DNA of 64,000 nt from Proteobacteria bacterium UBA6156. GTDB lineage: Bacteria; Pseudomonadota; Alphaproteobacteria; UBA2136; UBA6156. The notes under the pieces are model-generated. The model saw only the letters and a program-made list of their open reading frames with translations. It did no database searches and was not told the DNA's origin. Below are positions 18,860 through 27,708 of the stretch, piece by piece. Both the position numbers and the translations under genes were made by a program. Where the stretch lies: assembly GCA_002422365.1 (NCBI GenBank), contig DIUO01000036.1:38759-102758 (forward strand), in the 5' to 3' direction. Every line of letters starts with the position of its first letter. Position 1 is the first letter of the stretch.

Positions 18860-20212
18860 ATGCCTTTAACCGTTCTCTCCCGTCGTTCTGTCGTCTACCG
18901 CGAAAGTGGCTCCGGCGAGGTCACCGTCCTGCTGGTGCCAGGGCGCGAGCAAGTCCAGGTCATCAAAGACCTCGCCGGTCTCGGCAAAACCGCCGTGCCC
19001 GCGCGCGAGGGTGCCACCAGCGCCAACGCGGTGCAAAGCAAGCAAGCGCCGCTCACCCGCGTGTTTGTTGGGCGCCGGTTTATCTACGGCACCCTGCCGA
19101 CCGAAATCTCCGACCTCCGCCAACCCGTCCGCGTCTGGCTGGCTGAAGATTTCGTCCCCGCCCAGTGCCAGGCCTTCTTCTTCATTTTCAGCACCGAGGT
19201 CGTCGTCCACGGCGTGCGCGAGCAAGACGACGAAGGCCAGCTCAACTGGCGCACCGCCCAGCTGTCGCTGTCCGAGGGCGATCCCATCAAGAGCATCATC
19301 GACGCCATCAGCGACTACGCCCTGGCCAACAGCACCGAAACACTCACCATCGCGGTGCAAAAGCTCGATCTCTACGAAAAAATGCAAGCGGGCCTGGCCA
19401 CCTACAGCATCAGCCCCATTCCGTTCAGCAAGCTCAAGCCGCAGCCGGGCCTCAAGCCGCTCTACCGCCACCGAGACTTCACCATTCTCTACCTCACCAT
19501 GGCGCTGTTCGGCCTCATCACCGTCATGGCCAGCGGGGGTTATATGCTCATGGCCCTGCTCGAGCGTAACCGGCTCGACGAAGAAGCCGCCAGCATCCGC
19601 CGCAACATCAATTCCATCAAGCTCAACCAGAACGTCGGGCAAATCGCCAACCCGCAAGAGCTGCTGCAACGCATGAACCGCGGCATCAACCAGCAGCCAT
19701 CCGCCATCATCCATGCCGCAGCCGAGGCTGCCGCCGAACTCGGCAGCCTGGAAAACCTGCAAGTGGTGTTCGAAGGCAGCAATTTCGCAGGCCTGGCGCT
19801 GGATGCCATCGAAGCCGGCCAGCTCGGTGCCGTGGCCCAAATTACCGAAATGAAAGACGAACTGCTGCTCGACCAGGAGCAAACCGCCAGCGACAGCGTC
19901 GCCCTCAAGCCCTGGATCCGCTCCTTCGTGCGCGGCGGCAGCGTTGGCCTGCAAGGGCAGGTGGGTATGGTGCTGCAAATCGACCAACCCCCCGGAACCG
20001 AACCTCCAGTCACCGAGCCCCCAGTCGCCGAACCGCCCGTCACCGAAGCGCCTCCGGCCCCAGTCGCGGTTACCGAGCCCGTGCCCGCCGCCGCACCCAT
20101 ATCCGCCGACGGCGCCACGGTCAGCGGCACCGCCGAGGTCTCGTCCACCGCGCCCCTGCCGGAAGGTGACCAACCGGAAGCCCCAACACCGAACGAGGAG
20201 GCCCCGCAATGA
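18860..20212 (+). CDS. bitopic assembly protein (GspL/PilM-PilN-like architecture) with C-terminal TEPPV repeat tail
   Basis: 450 aa. An ~210-aa cytoplasmic domain, a single TM (FTILYLTMALFGLITVMASGGYMLMAL), a periplasmic domain, and a C-terminal Pro-rich repeat tail. ATGA overlap with the next gene. Confidence 0.5.
   Translation: MPLTVLSRRSVVYRESGSGEVTVLLVPGREQVQVIKDLAGLGKTAVPAREGATSANAVQSKQAPLTRVFVGRRFIYGTLPTEISDLRQPVRVWLAEDFVPAQCQAFFFIFSTEVVVHGVREQDDEGQLNWRTAQLSLSEGDPIKSIIDAISDYALANSTETLTIAVQKLDLYEKMQAGLATYSISPIPFSKLKPQPGLKPLYRHRDFTILYLTMALFGLITVMASGGYMLMALLERNRLDEEAASIRRNINSIKLNQNVGQIANPQELLQRMNRGINQQPSAIIHAAAEAAAELGSLENLQVVFEGSNFAGLALDAIEAGQLGAVAQITEMKDELLLDQEQTASDSVALKPWIRSFVRGGSVGLQGQVGMVLQIDQPPGTEPPVTEPPVAEPPVTEAPPAPVAVTEPVPAAAPISADGATVSGTAEVSSTAPLPEGDQPEAPTPNEEAPQ
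19996..20055 (+). repeat. in-frame 15-bp tandem repeats encoding (T/A)EPPV x4
   Basis: The units accgaacctccagtc / accgagcccccagtc / gccgaaccgcccgtc / accgaagcgcctccg are directly visible. Confidence 0.7.
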
Positions 20213-20781
20213 ACCGCAGCACCTACCGGAATATCATGATCGCCGTGCTGCTGATCTGTTTCGGCGTGGCCTATTATCTCTTCACCACCTCGCAAACCTA
20301 CCAGGTGCAAATCCAGCAGCGCACCAACGAGATCATCCGCCTCAATCAGGAATTTGAAAACGCCCAGAACCTGAACGTCGCACTCACCGAGCTCGACAAC
20401 CTCACCATTACCGAGCAAACCGCCACCCAGCTCGACATCCTGCGCCACCTGGGGCTCGAAAACAGCGAACTCACCTTCCAGCTGGAGGCCCGCGACGTGC
20501 AGGCCATCGGCCCGTCGTCGCTCTATGTCCATACCGTCGCCATATCCGGCAATATGCCCTATGCCGAGGCTCTCGCCCTCTGCGACCGGCTGCAGAACAC
20601 CAAGAAAATCGTCATCACCGCCATCGAGGTGCGTGGTCCGCCCTCCGGCACCACCCAGGATACCGTCGATCTGCGCGTCGTCGGCCTCATCTATGGGTTA
20701 GAAAAAGTCATTCCGCCGCTCGATATGCTGCCATTGCCCGGCAACACCGAAACCGCCCCCTCGCAAGGAGACCCCGCATGA
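20209..20781 (+). CDS. bitopic inner-membrane protein, GspM/PilO-like candidate
   Basis: 190 aa with an N-terminal TM (IMIAVLLICFGVAYYLF) followed by a coiled-coil/periplasmic domain. ATGA overlaps at both ends. Confidence 0.45.
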   Translation: MNRSTYRNIMIAVLLICFGVAYYLFTTSQTYQVQIQQRTNEIIRLNQEFENAQNLNVALTELDNLTITEQTATQLDILRHLGLENSELTFQLEARDVQAIGPSSLYVHTVAISGNMPYAEALALCDRLQNTKKIVITAIEVRGPPSGTTQDTVDLRVVGLIYGLEKVIPPLDMLPLPGNTETAPSQGDPA

Positions 20782-21359
20782 AGCTGATGCCCGCCTTTAT
20801 CCTGGTGCTGGCGCTGGTGGCTGCCCCGGCCGCCCACGCGCAAGAGGGCCTGCTCTGGAAAGTCAACAGCCGCTACCAGGCTACCGTTGTGCCGCCTTAT
20901 ATGGGCCAGCCCAACCCCTTCGCGGGCGGGGGAGAGGTTAAGGTCTCCGAAACCGGCGTGCTGGAAGAAGAGGCCCAAGCCCTGCGCGAGCGTCAGCAAA
21001 CCATCGACGAAGCCACCCAGCTCCTCAATTCCTCCCGGGCGTTCGAACCCTATCTCGACGGCATGGCCGTCGGCGGAGTGGTCGAAGGCGCACAAGGCCG
21101 CCGCGTGCTTATCGGCAACAACTGGGTGGGCGTCGGCATGGAGCTCAACGTCCGCCTCAGCATCTCCCCCCAAGCGCAAGAGGCTCTCGCCCGCATCGAG
21201 CCCCTCGACAGCGAAACGGCCCTCAGCATGCGCCGCTCGCTCGACGAACGCCGCGCCCGGGTGCCCACCACCCGCCTGAAGTTGCTCGAAATCGGCGAAA
21301 AAAACCTGGTATTCCAAGGCGATAATGGACGCCACACCTTGCCGATGCACTTCCATTAA
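20778..21359 (+). CDS. periplasmic protein with cleavable signal peptide (PilP/GspC-like candidate)
   Basis: 193 aa. Signal sequence MKLMPAFILVLALVAAPAAHA. Its position after the GspL/GspM-like genes suggests the PilP/GspC role. Confidence 0.4.
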   Translation: MKLMPAFILVLALVAAPAAHAQEGLLWKVNSRYQATVVPPYMGQPNPFAGGGEVKVSETGVLEEEAQALRERQQTIDEATQLLNSSRAFEPYLDGMAVGGVVEGAQGRRVLIGNNWVGVGMELNVRLSISPQAQEALARIEPLDSETALSMRRSLDERRARVPTTRLKLLEIGEKNLVFQGDNGRHTLPMHFH

Positions 21360-21447
21360 CCGGCGGAGAGGTGCCATTGCCCCTGTCAGGCGCAGGCGCT
21401 GGCACTCCACCCTATAAGACAAGACAGAAAGGATACCACCGGCCGAG

Positions 21448-22413
21448 ATGCAAGCGCTGTTTCTCATATCGTTGTTTACCTTCGTCATCGCGCTCATGAC
21501 CAGTTTCATCGTGTCCGGAACCTTCAACGCCGCCCAGCTCACCAAGCAACGCCTCGACGACACTTTCCGTTATTTCGAATCCATGGCCGAAGTCATCCGT
21601 GCCGAAGTCACGCAAGAGAACATGCACGGCAATCCCGGCACTTATGCAACTATTCCCCAATATATCAGCAATATGCCCACGGTAGCCGCCATGTCCAGCG
21701 GCATTTATGGCAACGCCGCCACCGACGCCTGGGGCCGCGAGATCACCGGCGCCATGCTCACCCGCTACATGCGGTTCAGCGCCCCGTCCGACAGCAACCA
21801 GGTGCTCAGCGTCCCCGTAACCGCCTTCGCCTTTGTCTCCGGCGGGCCCGATGGCCAGGTCCAAACCACCCTGCCGTCCGCCCCCACCCAACTCTCCGAT
21901 ATCCTCAACATTGCCGCCCCCACCGACGCTCAGGGCAACCCGACCACCGACGACATCGTCTACACCTTCGACAACCGCCGCGAGATGATGCTGATCATCG
22001 AAGACATCAAAGGCCACGCCTCAAAAGTCGGTGTCACCGCCCTTAAAAAATTCCAGGCCGATATGGCCACCTTCCGCGACCAACAACTGGCCGACTACCG
22101 CGCCGCCATTGTGGCGGGCCAAACCGTCTCACCGCCCAGCATGGATTTCTCCAACAACCCCAACGCCCCGCGCCTTCCGGCCGTCGATGTCAGCAGCACC
22201 CAGGCCCTGCTCGGTATTTTCGAAGATGTTGAAGCCATCGAACGCATCCTGCCCAGCGGCGGCAGGCTGGTGTTATCGTCCAACACGCCGAATATGGCCA
22301 ACCCCAACCTCGTCATTACCGTCCGCAACCATACCACCAACCCCACACCGCTGGGCCCGGGGGCCAGTTTTCTCTACACCCTCATCATTCAACCCGACAA
22401 AGACATCAATTAA
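21448..22413 (+). CDS. membrane-anchored protein with pilin-like hydrophobic N-terminus (atypical; possible minor pilin)
   Basis: 321 aa. The N-terminus MQALFLISLFTFVIALMTSFIVSGTF is hydrophobic but lacks the G/F/E5 prepilin signature. It lies directly upstream of the bona fide prepilin gene. Confidence 0.4.
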   Translation: MQALFLISLFTFVIALMTSFIVSGTFNAAQLTKQRLDDTFRYFESMAEVIRAEVTQENMHGNPGTYATIPQYISNMPTVAAMSSGIYGNAATDAWGREITGAMLTRYMRFSAPSDSNQVLSVPVTAFAFVSGGPDGQVQTTLPSAPTQLSDILNIAAPTDAQGNPTTDDIVYTFDNRREMMLIIEDIKGHASKVGVTALKKFQADMATFRDQQLADYRAAIVAGQTVSPPSMDFSNNPNAPRLPAVDVSSTQALLGIFEDVEAIERILPSGGRLVLSSNTPNMANPNLVITVRNHTTNPTPLGPGASFLYTLIIQPDKDIN

Positions 22414-22426
22414 CGGAGACCACCTC

Positions 22427-23587
22427 ATGACACGCACCCGCATCCTTCCCACTCTTCGCAGCAACAAAGGCTTCTCGCTGATCGAAATGGTCATCACCGT
22501 CGCGGTGCTCGCCATTCTGGTCGGTATTACCACCCCCTCCATCTACGAATTCATCCGCATGCGCGACAAACAGAACGAAGAAATCGCCCAAATGCAGGTG
22601 CGCAAAGCGCTCGAGGCCTATATCGCCGATGTCGGCGAAGCCCCCAGCGACACCTCCACCTCGCCCTTCTGGTACGAGGCTCTCGCCGGTTACACCAGCC
22701 TTTCGCAAAACGAAATCGCCAACGATGTCTGGGACAACCCCCGCACCTACATCATGTACCGCGACGCCAACCGCGGCATCTACGGCGTCAGCGTCACCGT
22801 CAGTTACGTCACCCTGCACAGTATGGGCCCCGACGGCCAGGCCGACAACCAGGAAGACCAGAACGGCACCACCGTCACCGTCAACGGTGTTGCACTCACC
22901 TCGGCGGCGGGCGGTTCGGTGTTCAACGGTAGCACCGCTGCCGACTGGTGGAAAAACAAGTCCGACCCCGCCCAGGCCTTTGCCGACGTGCGCGGTGCCG
23001 ACGACGACGTGATGATGCGCTACACCAACTACGACGACGTGCGCATCCGCTACCAAACCACCAGCGAACGCATCCGCGCCGTCGGTGATGCCCTCGAGAC
23101 GTTTGCCCGCACGCAATATGCGGCTCACATCAGTGAATGTATCGCAGTGACCACCTCCACAACAAAGTGTACGGGTAACGGCAACCCGAACAGCGGAATC
23201 CCTGTTGCCGCCATTTATTATCCAAGATCCATCCCCATAAGCGGCAGTTCCGATACGGCTCGATATTATTATTCCGAATACGTCCCGGCGACCAATTTCG
23301 TGCCGTCAACGGCGGCGACGGTGAACAACACCAGCACCGATGCCAATCGGCGCGAGGATATGATAGACCTTATGCGCATGTTGGGCTTACCGGCAGATTA
23401 TTGCTGTTCGGCTTTGGAACTGGGCACCGACAGCAAACCTAAGCCATTCTACTACTTCAGCAACCCCCGCGTTCGGCTGGCTTCGGGTTGCAGTTCCAGC
23501 CGTCCCACCGGTTCCGAACCCAAACTCCCGGCGCGCATAACCACCGGTAACTTTGCCGACAGCAGCAGCAACCGCACCTGCGGTTAA
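22427..23587 (+). CDS. type IVb prepilin (class III signal peptide), large 386-aa pilin/minor pilin
   Basis: Internal ATG of ORF 22031..23587. A 15-aa basic leader MTRTRILPTLRSNKG is followed by FSLIEMVITVAVLAILVGI (Gly-1, Phe+1, Glu+5, N-methyl-type helix). A Cys pair lies in the C-terminal region. Confidence 0.8.
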   Translation: MTRTRILPTLRSNKGFSLIEMVITVAVLAILVGITTPSIYEFIRMRDKQNEEIAQMQVRKALEAYIADVGEAPSDTSTSPFWYEALAGYTSLSQNEIANDVWDNPRTYIMYRDANRGIYGVSVTVSYVTLHSMGPDGQADNQEDQNGTTVTVNGVALTSAAGGSVFNGSTAADWWKNKSDPAQAFADVRGADDDVMMRYTNYDDVRIRYQTTSERIRAVGDALETFARTQYAAHISECIAVTTSTTKCTGNGNPNSGIPVAAIYYPRSIPISGSSDTARYYYSEYVPATNFVPSTAATVNNTSTDANRREDMIDLMRMLGLPADYCCSALELGTDSKPKPFYYFSNPRVRLASGCSSSRPTGSEPKLPARITTGNFADSSSNRTCG

Positions 23588-23605
23588 GCGGCAGGGGCGG
23601 GGCCT

Positions 23606-23965
23606 ATGCTCACCGAGACACTCGCCTTCTACCCGGCGGCAGCCAAGGCCATTGCCCTGCATTGGCCTTGGTTCTGGCCGTTATGGGGCGGGGTCATGGG
23701 TGCGGTGCTGGGGTCGTTTCTCAACTGTGCCCGCTACCGCGTGCCGCGCGGCATTTCGTTGCGCCGCCCCCCCAGCCATTGCCCGGCCTGCAAAACGGTG
23801 CTGGGCGTGCCCGACCTCGTGCCCGTCCTCAGCTACCTGGCCCTGCGTGGCCGCTGCCGCCATTGCCGGGCACCCATCGGCCGCACCAGCCTGTGGCTGG
23901 AGGTCGCGCTGTTTACCGGCGGCTACCTGCTCACAGCCCTGTTCCAGGCTTGGCTGCTGGCCTAA
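23606..23965 (+). CDS. prepilin peptidase N-terminal zinc-ribbon domain only (TM1-CxxC...CxxC-TM2); catalytic A24 domain absent
   Basis: 119 aa. The pattern GSFLN..R....SHCPACKTVL...LVPVLSYLALRGRCRHCRAPI is typical of the PilD/TcpJ N-domain. The ORF stops at 23965 and the next clear gene starts in another frame. Confidence 0.55.
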   Translation: MLTETLAFYPAAAKAIALHWPWFWPLWGGVMGAVLGSFLNCARYRVPRGISLRRPPSHCPACKTVLGVPDLVPVLSYLALRGRCRHCRAPIGRTSLWLEVALFTGGYLLTALFQAWLLA

Positions 23966-24070
23966 GCTCTGGGGGCGGTGCCGAATTCCCACAGCCCGCC
24001 GCGCCAAAACCGCCTTTCCGCCCGCACCGCCTTAACAAAGCCCGCTGCACACGGCACACTTGCATCCAGC

Positions 24071-25720
24071 ATGCTGCCTGTCCGCGCCCGTTCTCGTACC
24101 GCCCTTGGCCTCACCTTGGTCGGCTTGGCTGTGGCCGCGCCCGTGCAGGCCCCCGTGCAGGCACAGGTTGCCTGGCAGAACGTGGCCGCCGCCCAAAGCA
24201 CCGCCGCTTACGCCCCCCTGCAAACGCCCGTGGTGCAAAAAGGCACGGTGTTGTGGCGCCGTTTGGGCAACGAATCCGAGCGCACCCCCACTCCCGCCGT
24301 CAGCGACGAAATCGAACGCCTCCAGCAGGCGCTGCAAGCCACCTCCCAGCAGCTGGCGGGGCTAGAGCAAAAAATCGACAGCACCGCCGACCTCCGCACC
24401 CAAACTGCCGCCACCGTCACCAATGTCACCTCTCTGGCGCAAGAGAGCATCCGCGCCATGGAACGCATGGCCGAGCAAACCGCCGCCACGACCGACCTCA
24501 AACTCTCCAAGGCCCAGCTGGAAAACCGGCTCGCCGTTGTCGAAGAAGCCCGCCTGGCCGCCAAAGACGCCGAAGACCGCGCCCGAGCCTACACCGGCGC
24601 CCAAATTGCCGAACTGCGCAACCTCGCCCAGACCGAAACCGCCAACGTCGCCGCCGCCCTGCGCATTTATGCCGACCTCCAGCTGGCGCAGGCCCAAGCC
24701 ACAACCTCCGCCACCTTGGCCAACCTCGCCCAGGCCACCCGCCAGTCGGTCACCGACCTCGACCAACGCACCAACCAGCGCATGGGCGTGCTCTGGCAGG
24801 CCGCCAACATCCAGGCGGAAAAACTGGCAAACGAGAAAGCCGCCGCCGTGGCCGCCAGCCTCGCCGCACTCCAGCAGCAAACCGCCGCCGACAAACTCGA
24901 ACCCGCGCAAATCCGCGCCATTGCCGAGCAAACCGTGGCCAACTCCGCGCCAGAGTTCCGCGCCCTCGCCCTTCAAACGCTTAAAGATGGCCAAGATTAC
25001 ATCCGCAGCGTCGCCCGCAGTGCGGTGCAAGATGCCGACCCCGGCATGACCGCCGCCCTGGCCAACGCCGCGCGCGATGTCATCACCAAAGACGACAAAG
25101 TCGTCTTCGCCATCCGCAAAGCGGTGGCGGAAGAACTGCAAGGCCTGGCCACCGGGGCCACCGCCACCACCACACCCGACGGCCGCACGGTGCTGGGGCC
25201 CGACCACGGCAGTGGCACACCCGAGGTCGAGCTCGATCCCAACCGCCTGCGCATCGCCCAGCTGTTGGCGCCGGAAGGCGGACTCGCCCCGGACGCCGCC
25301 CTCACTCCCGCCCAACTGGCGGCCCTCAGCCCCGCCGCAGGCCCGGCGCAAGGCCATACAGCGGTTGGCGGCCAGCAGGCCTGGTCGGCGCAGGGCACCA
25401 GCCTGTTGCGCCCGCGCCCGCGCAGCAGCTGGATGGACCTGCGCCAATACAAAGTCGTGCTCCACCAAGACAACCAGACGCTGGAAGAGCTGCTCGCCGA
25501 CATCCTCAAGCGGGCTGAACCCTTTACCGGCCCCTGGCAGGTGCGCTGGAAGATCACCGAACCCAACCGCGACCTCATGCAAGAACGCTTCAGCCTCGAT
25601 GCCGAAGCCCCGTTCGAAGAGTTCATCAGCTATCTTGCGCAATATATTGTCAACGATAGAGGCGTTAAACTCAGCGTAAGCCTGTTCGACAGCGAACGGA
25701 TTATTGTAATCTCCGATTAA
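24071..25720 (+). CDS. secreted coiled-coil protein with C-terminal STN/TcpQ-like domain
   Basis: ORF 23978..25720. The ATG at 24071 gives the signal sequence MLPVRARSRTALGLTLVGLAVAAPVQA. A long Ala/Gln-rich coiled-coil region follows. The C-terminus (LEELLADILKRAEPFTGPWQVRWKI...IIVISD) is paralogous to the C-termini of ORFs 12400 and 25720. Confidence 0.55.
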   Translation: MLPVRARSRTALGLTLVGLAVAAPVQAPVQAQVAWQNVAAAQSTAAYAPLQTPVVQKGTVLWRRLGNESERTPTPAVSDEIERLQQALQATSQQLAGLEQKIDSTADLRTQTAATVTNVTSLAQESIRAMERMAEQTAATTDLKLSKAQLENRLAVVEEARLAAKDAEDRARAYTGAQIAELRNLAQTETANVAAALRIYADLQLAQAQATTSATLANLAQATRQSVTDLDQRTNQRMGVLWQAANIQAEKLANEKAAAVAASLAALQQQTAADKLEPAQIRAIAEQTVANSAPEFRALALQTLKDGQDYIRSVARSAVQDADPGMTAALANAARDVITKDDKVVFAIRKAVAEELQGLATGATATTTPDGRTVLGPDHGSGTPEVELDPNRLRIAQLLAPEGGLAPDAALTPAQLAALSPAAGPAQGHTAVGGQQAWSAQGTSLLRPRPRSSWMDLRQYKVVLHQDNQTLEELLADILKRAEPFTGPWQVRWKITEPNRDLMQERFSLDAEAPFEEFISYLAQYIVNDRGVKLSVSLFDSERIIVISD

Positions 25721-27255
25721 TGATGCGCCTCACACCCCGCCGTGCCCTGTTTGCCGCCACCACCTTGCTGGCGGGCTGCGCGGGCATGGGGCAGCAGGCC
25801 GCCAGTGGCGGTTTTCCGGCCCCGCAGCCGAACGACGGCGGCATCGTCATCGCCGAGTCCCACATGGTCATGGGCGCGTCGGATGCCACCACCGTCACCG
25901 GCACCGTCGACGATTGCTCCGGCCCCGGCACCGGGGTGGTGGTCACCAGCACCCTGCACGACGCCCGCTTCCTCTTCGGCCCCAATGGCGAACCCTGCGA
26001 GGCCGCCGAAATGCTCTTCGATGGCCGCACCGAGGCCAACCGCCGCCAGGCCGACCCCGCCATTGCGCTCACCTTCCACGACAGCTTGGGCCCCAAGCCA
26101 GAAAGCCGCACCACCAGCTCGCTCCCCGGCCTCGAACCCATCCCCACCATCCGCCTGAAGTCGGAAATTCTCAGCACCATGGCGGCCATAGAACCCGCCG
26201 CCGGCAAGGGCGGCACCGTCCCGGCCCGCCCGGCCCCGGTGCAAGTGGCTGCCGTCAAAGCCGACCCTCTGGTCTCCACCCTCACCAGCTGGCAACGCCA
26301 AGACGACGCTTACGCCCGCCGCAGTGCCCAGGCCAATGCCAATGCCGAGGCCACCGCCGCCGCCAGCCGTGACCTCTCCCATATCGTGAAGGACACCCGC
26401 ACCACCACCAGTGCCGAAGCCATGGCCACCATGATGGCCGAACTCCGCGAGCGCGAACGCCAGGTGCAGGAAGAACAGCGCCGCCACGCCGAAACCCTCA
26501 AGCGTGCCCAAGAAAACCGCCAAATCACCGCCGCCGCCCGCACCCAATGGCAAAGTAAGGAGCACGAGCTCCAGGCCCAGCTCTCTGCCACCCAGCAGCG
26601 CATGGCGCAGTTCGAGCAACTCGCCCAGCGCCTGTCAGCCGACAAATCCGCCAAAGAGCAAGCCTATCAGGCCAAAATCAGCACCCTCACCGCCGACCTC
26701 CGCGCCGCCGAAGCCCAGGCCGATGTCTCACGGCGCGAGCTGATACTCGAAGCCGCCGCCAAAATTGCCGAAGCCGAGCAACTCGCCTCCGCCGCCAAAA
26801 TCCAGGAGCAACAGATCAAACTGCGCGAGGCCGCCCGCCTCAAGGCCGAAGCCGAAACCATGATGGACCGCGCCCTGGCCATGCAGGCTGGCGGCAATGT
26901 GGTGGTGGCCGGGGTGGGCGCCCCGCCCGCCGTGCCGCTGGCGCTGCTGCGCACGCCGGTGGCGGTGGTCGCCAACGGTAAATCGCTGCCGGATATCCTC
27001 ACCGACGTCCTCAAGCAGGCCGCCCCCCAGGCAGGCGAGTGGCAGGCCGACTGGCAATTGTCCGTCCCCCGCCAGCATATTTTGCAAGATACCTGGTCGC
27101 TCACCGCCGAAGCGCCGATCGAAGAGGTCCTCGCCCAGCTCAGCCAACAAGTCCAGGCCGCCCACGGCTTCGGCCTCACCTTCACCCAGTTCGCCCAGTC
27201 CCGCCTGCTGGTTGTCACCGATGCCACACCCCCCACCGCCCAAACCACCCCCTAA
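25720..27255 (+). CDS. lipoprotein with long coiled-coil region and C-terminal STN/TcpQ-like domain
   Basis: 511 aa. Lipobox LLAGC. An A/Q/E/R-rich coiled coil in the middle. The C-terminus LPDILTDVLKQAAPQAGEWQADWQL...LLVVTD is paralogous to the previous gene. The start overlaps the upstream stop (TAATG). Confidence 0.55.
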   Translation: MMRLTPRRALFAATTLLAGCAGMGQQAASGGFPAPQPNDGGIVIAESHMVMGASDATTVTGTVDDCSGPGTGVVVTSTLHDARFLFGPNGEPCEAAEMLFDGRTEANRRQADPAIALTFHDSLGPKPESRTTSSLPGLEPIPTIRLKSEILSTMAAIEPAAGKGGTVPARPAPVQVAAVKADPLVSTLTSWQRQDDAYARRSAQANANAEATAAASRDLSHIVKDTRTTTSAEAMATMMAELRERERQVQEEQRRHAETLKRAQENRQITAAARTQWQSKEHELQAQLSATQQRMAQFEQLAQRLSADKSAKEQAYQAKISTLTADLRAAEAQADVSRRELILEAAAKIAEAEQLASAAKIQEQQIKLREAARLKAEAETMMDRALAMQAGGNVVVAGVGAPPAVPLALLRTPVAVVANGKSLPDILTDVLKQAAPQAGEWQADWQLSVPRQHILQDTWSLTAEAPIEEVLAQLSQQVQAAHGFGLTFTQFAQSRLLVVTDATPPTAQTTP

Positions 27256-27329
27256 CAGGCAAATTCTTACAAACCCCTTGCAAACCTGCAATACCGCCCC
27301 ATAATCAGTATATCAAAGGAGATAAACTC

Positions 27330-27701
27330 ATGAATCAACGTACACTTCTCTTCAGCGCCGCCGCCGTGGCTGTCATGGCCCTCGCCGTCGCCAACCCCGC
27401 TTTTGCTCAGTCCGGTGGTGAAGCAGCTACAGCAGGGGCTGCTGCTGTCGATACACTTGTTGGTGCCATTACCGGTAACATCGGTTTGCTCATCGGTTTG
27501 GCCATTACTGTGGCGGGCCTCTGGGTCTGGATCATCGGTCAGAAAACCGGCGCTGGCCTCACTATGGTCATCGGTGGTGTACTCATCACCATGGCTCCGG
27601 GTTTGTTCAAGGGCGTCCGCGATATGGCCGTCGGTGTGGTAGGTCAATTCAGCGGATCAACAGTCTATGATGTTGACACCGCACGAGGTACGACTCGTTA
27701 A
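27330..27701 (+). CDS. VirB2/TraA/TrbC-like conjugative pilin precursor, copy 1
   Basis: 123 aa. RBS aaggag 8 nt upstream. Signal sequence ending AFA, then two hydrophobic helices separated by a short GQKTG loop. Confidence 0.6.
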   Translation: MNQRTLLFSAAAVAVMALAVANPAFAQSGGEAATAGAAAVDTLVGAITGNIGLLIGLAITVAGLWVWIIGQKTGAGLTMVIGGVLITMAPGLFKGVRDMAVGVVGQFSGSTVYDVDTARGTTR

Positions 27702-27708
27702 TCCAAGT

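Noticed and set aside
12460-20209. Long antisense ORFs (12460..13779, 13975..15501, 15910..17130, 18866..20209 on the minus strand)
   Set aside because: Gly/Arg/Ala/His-rich shadow ORFs opposite clearly conserved genes (secretin, ATPase). No motifs. Expected in >60% GC DNA.
23662-24984. 440-aa ORF overlapping the prepilin-peptidase fragment and the next gene, considered as a possible missing peptidase catalytic domain
   Set aside because: Its translation is Arg/Pro/Ala-rich with no TM helices or Asp-box. This is a typical alternate-frame artefact of high-GC coding DNA, and the co-located frame (23978/24071..25720) has a real signal peptide and coiled-coil protein.
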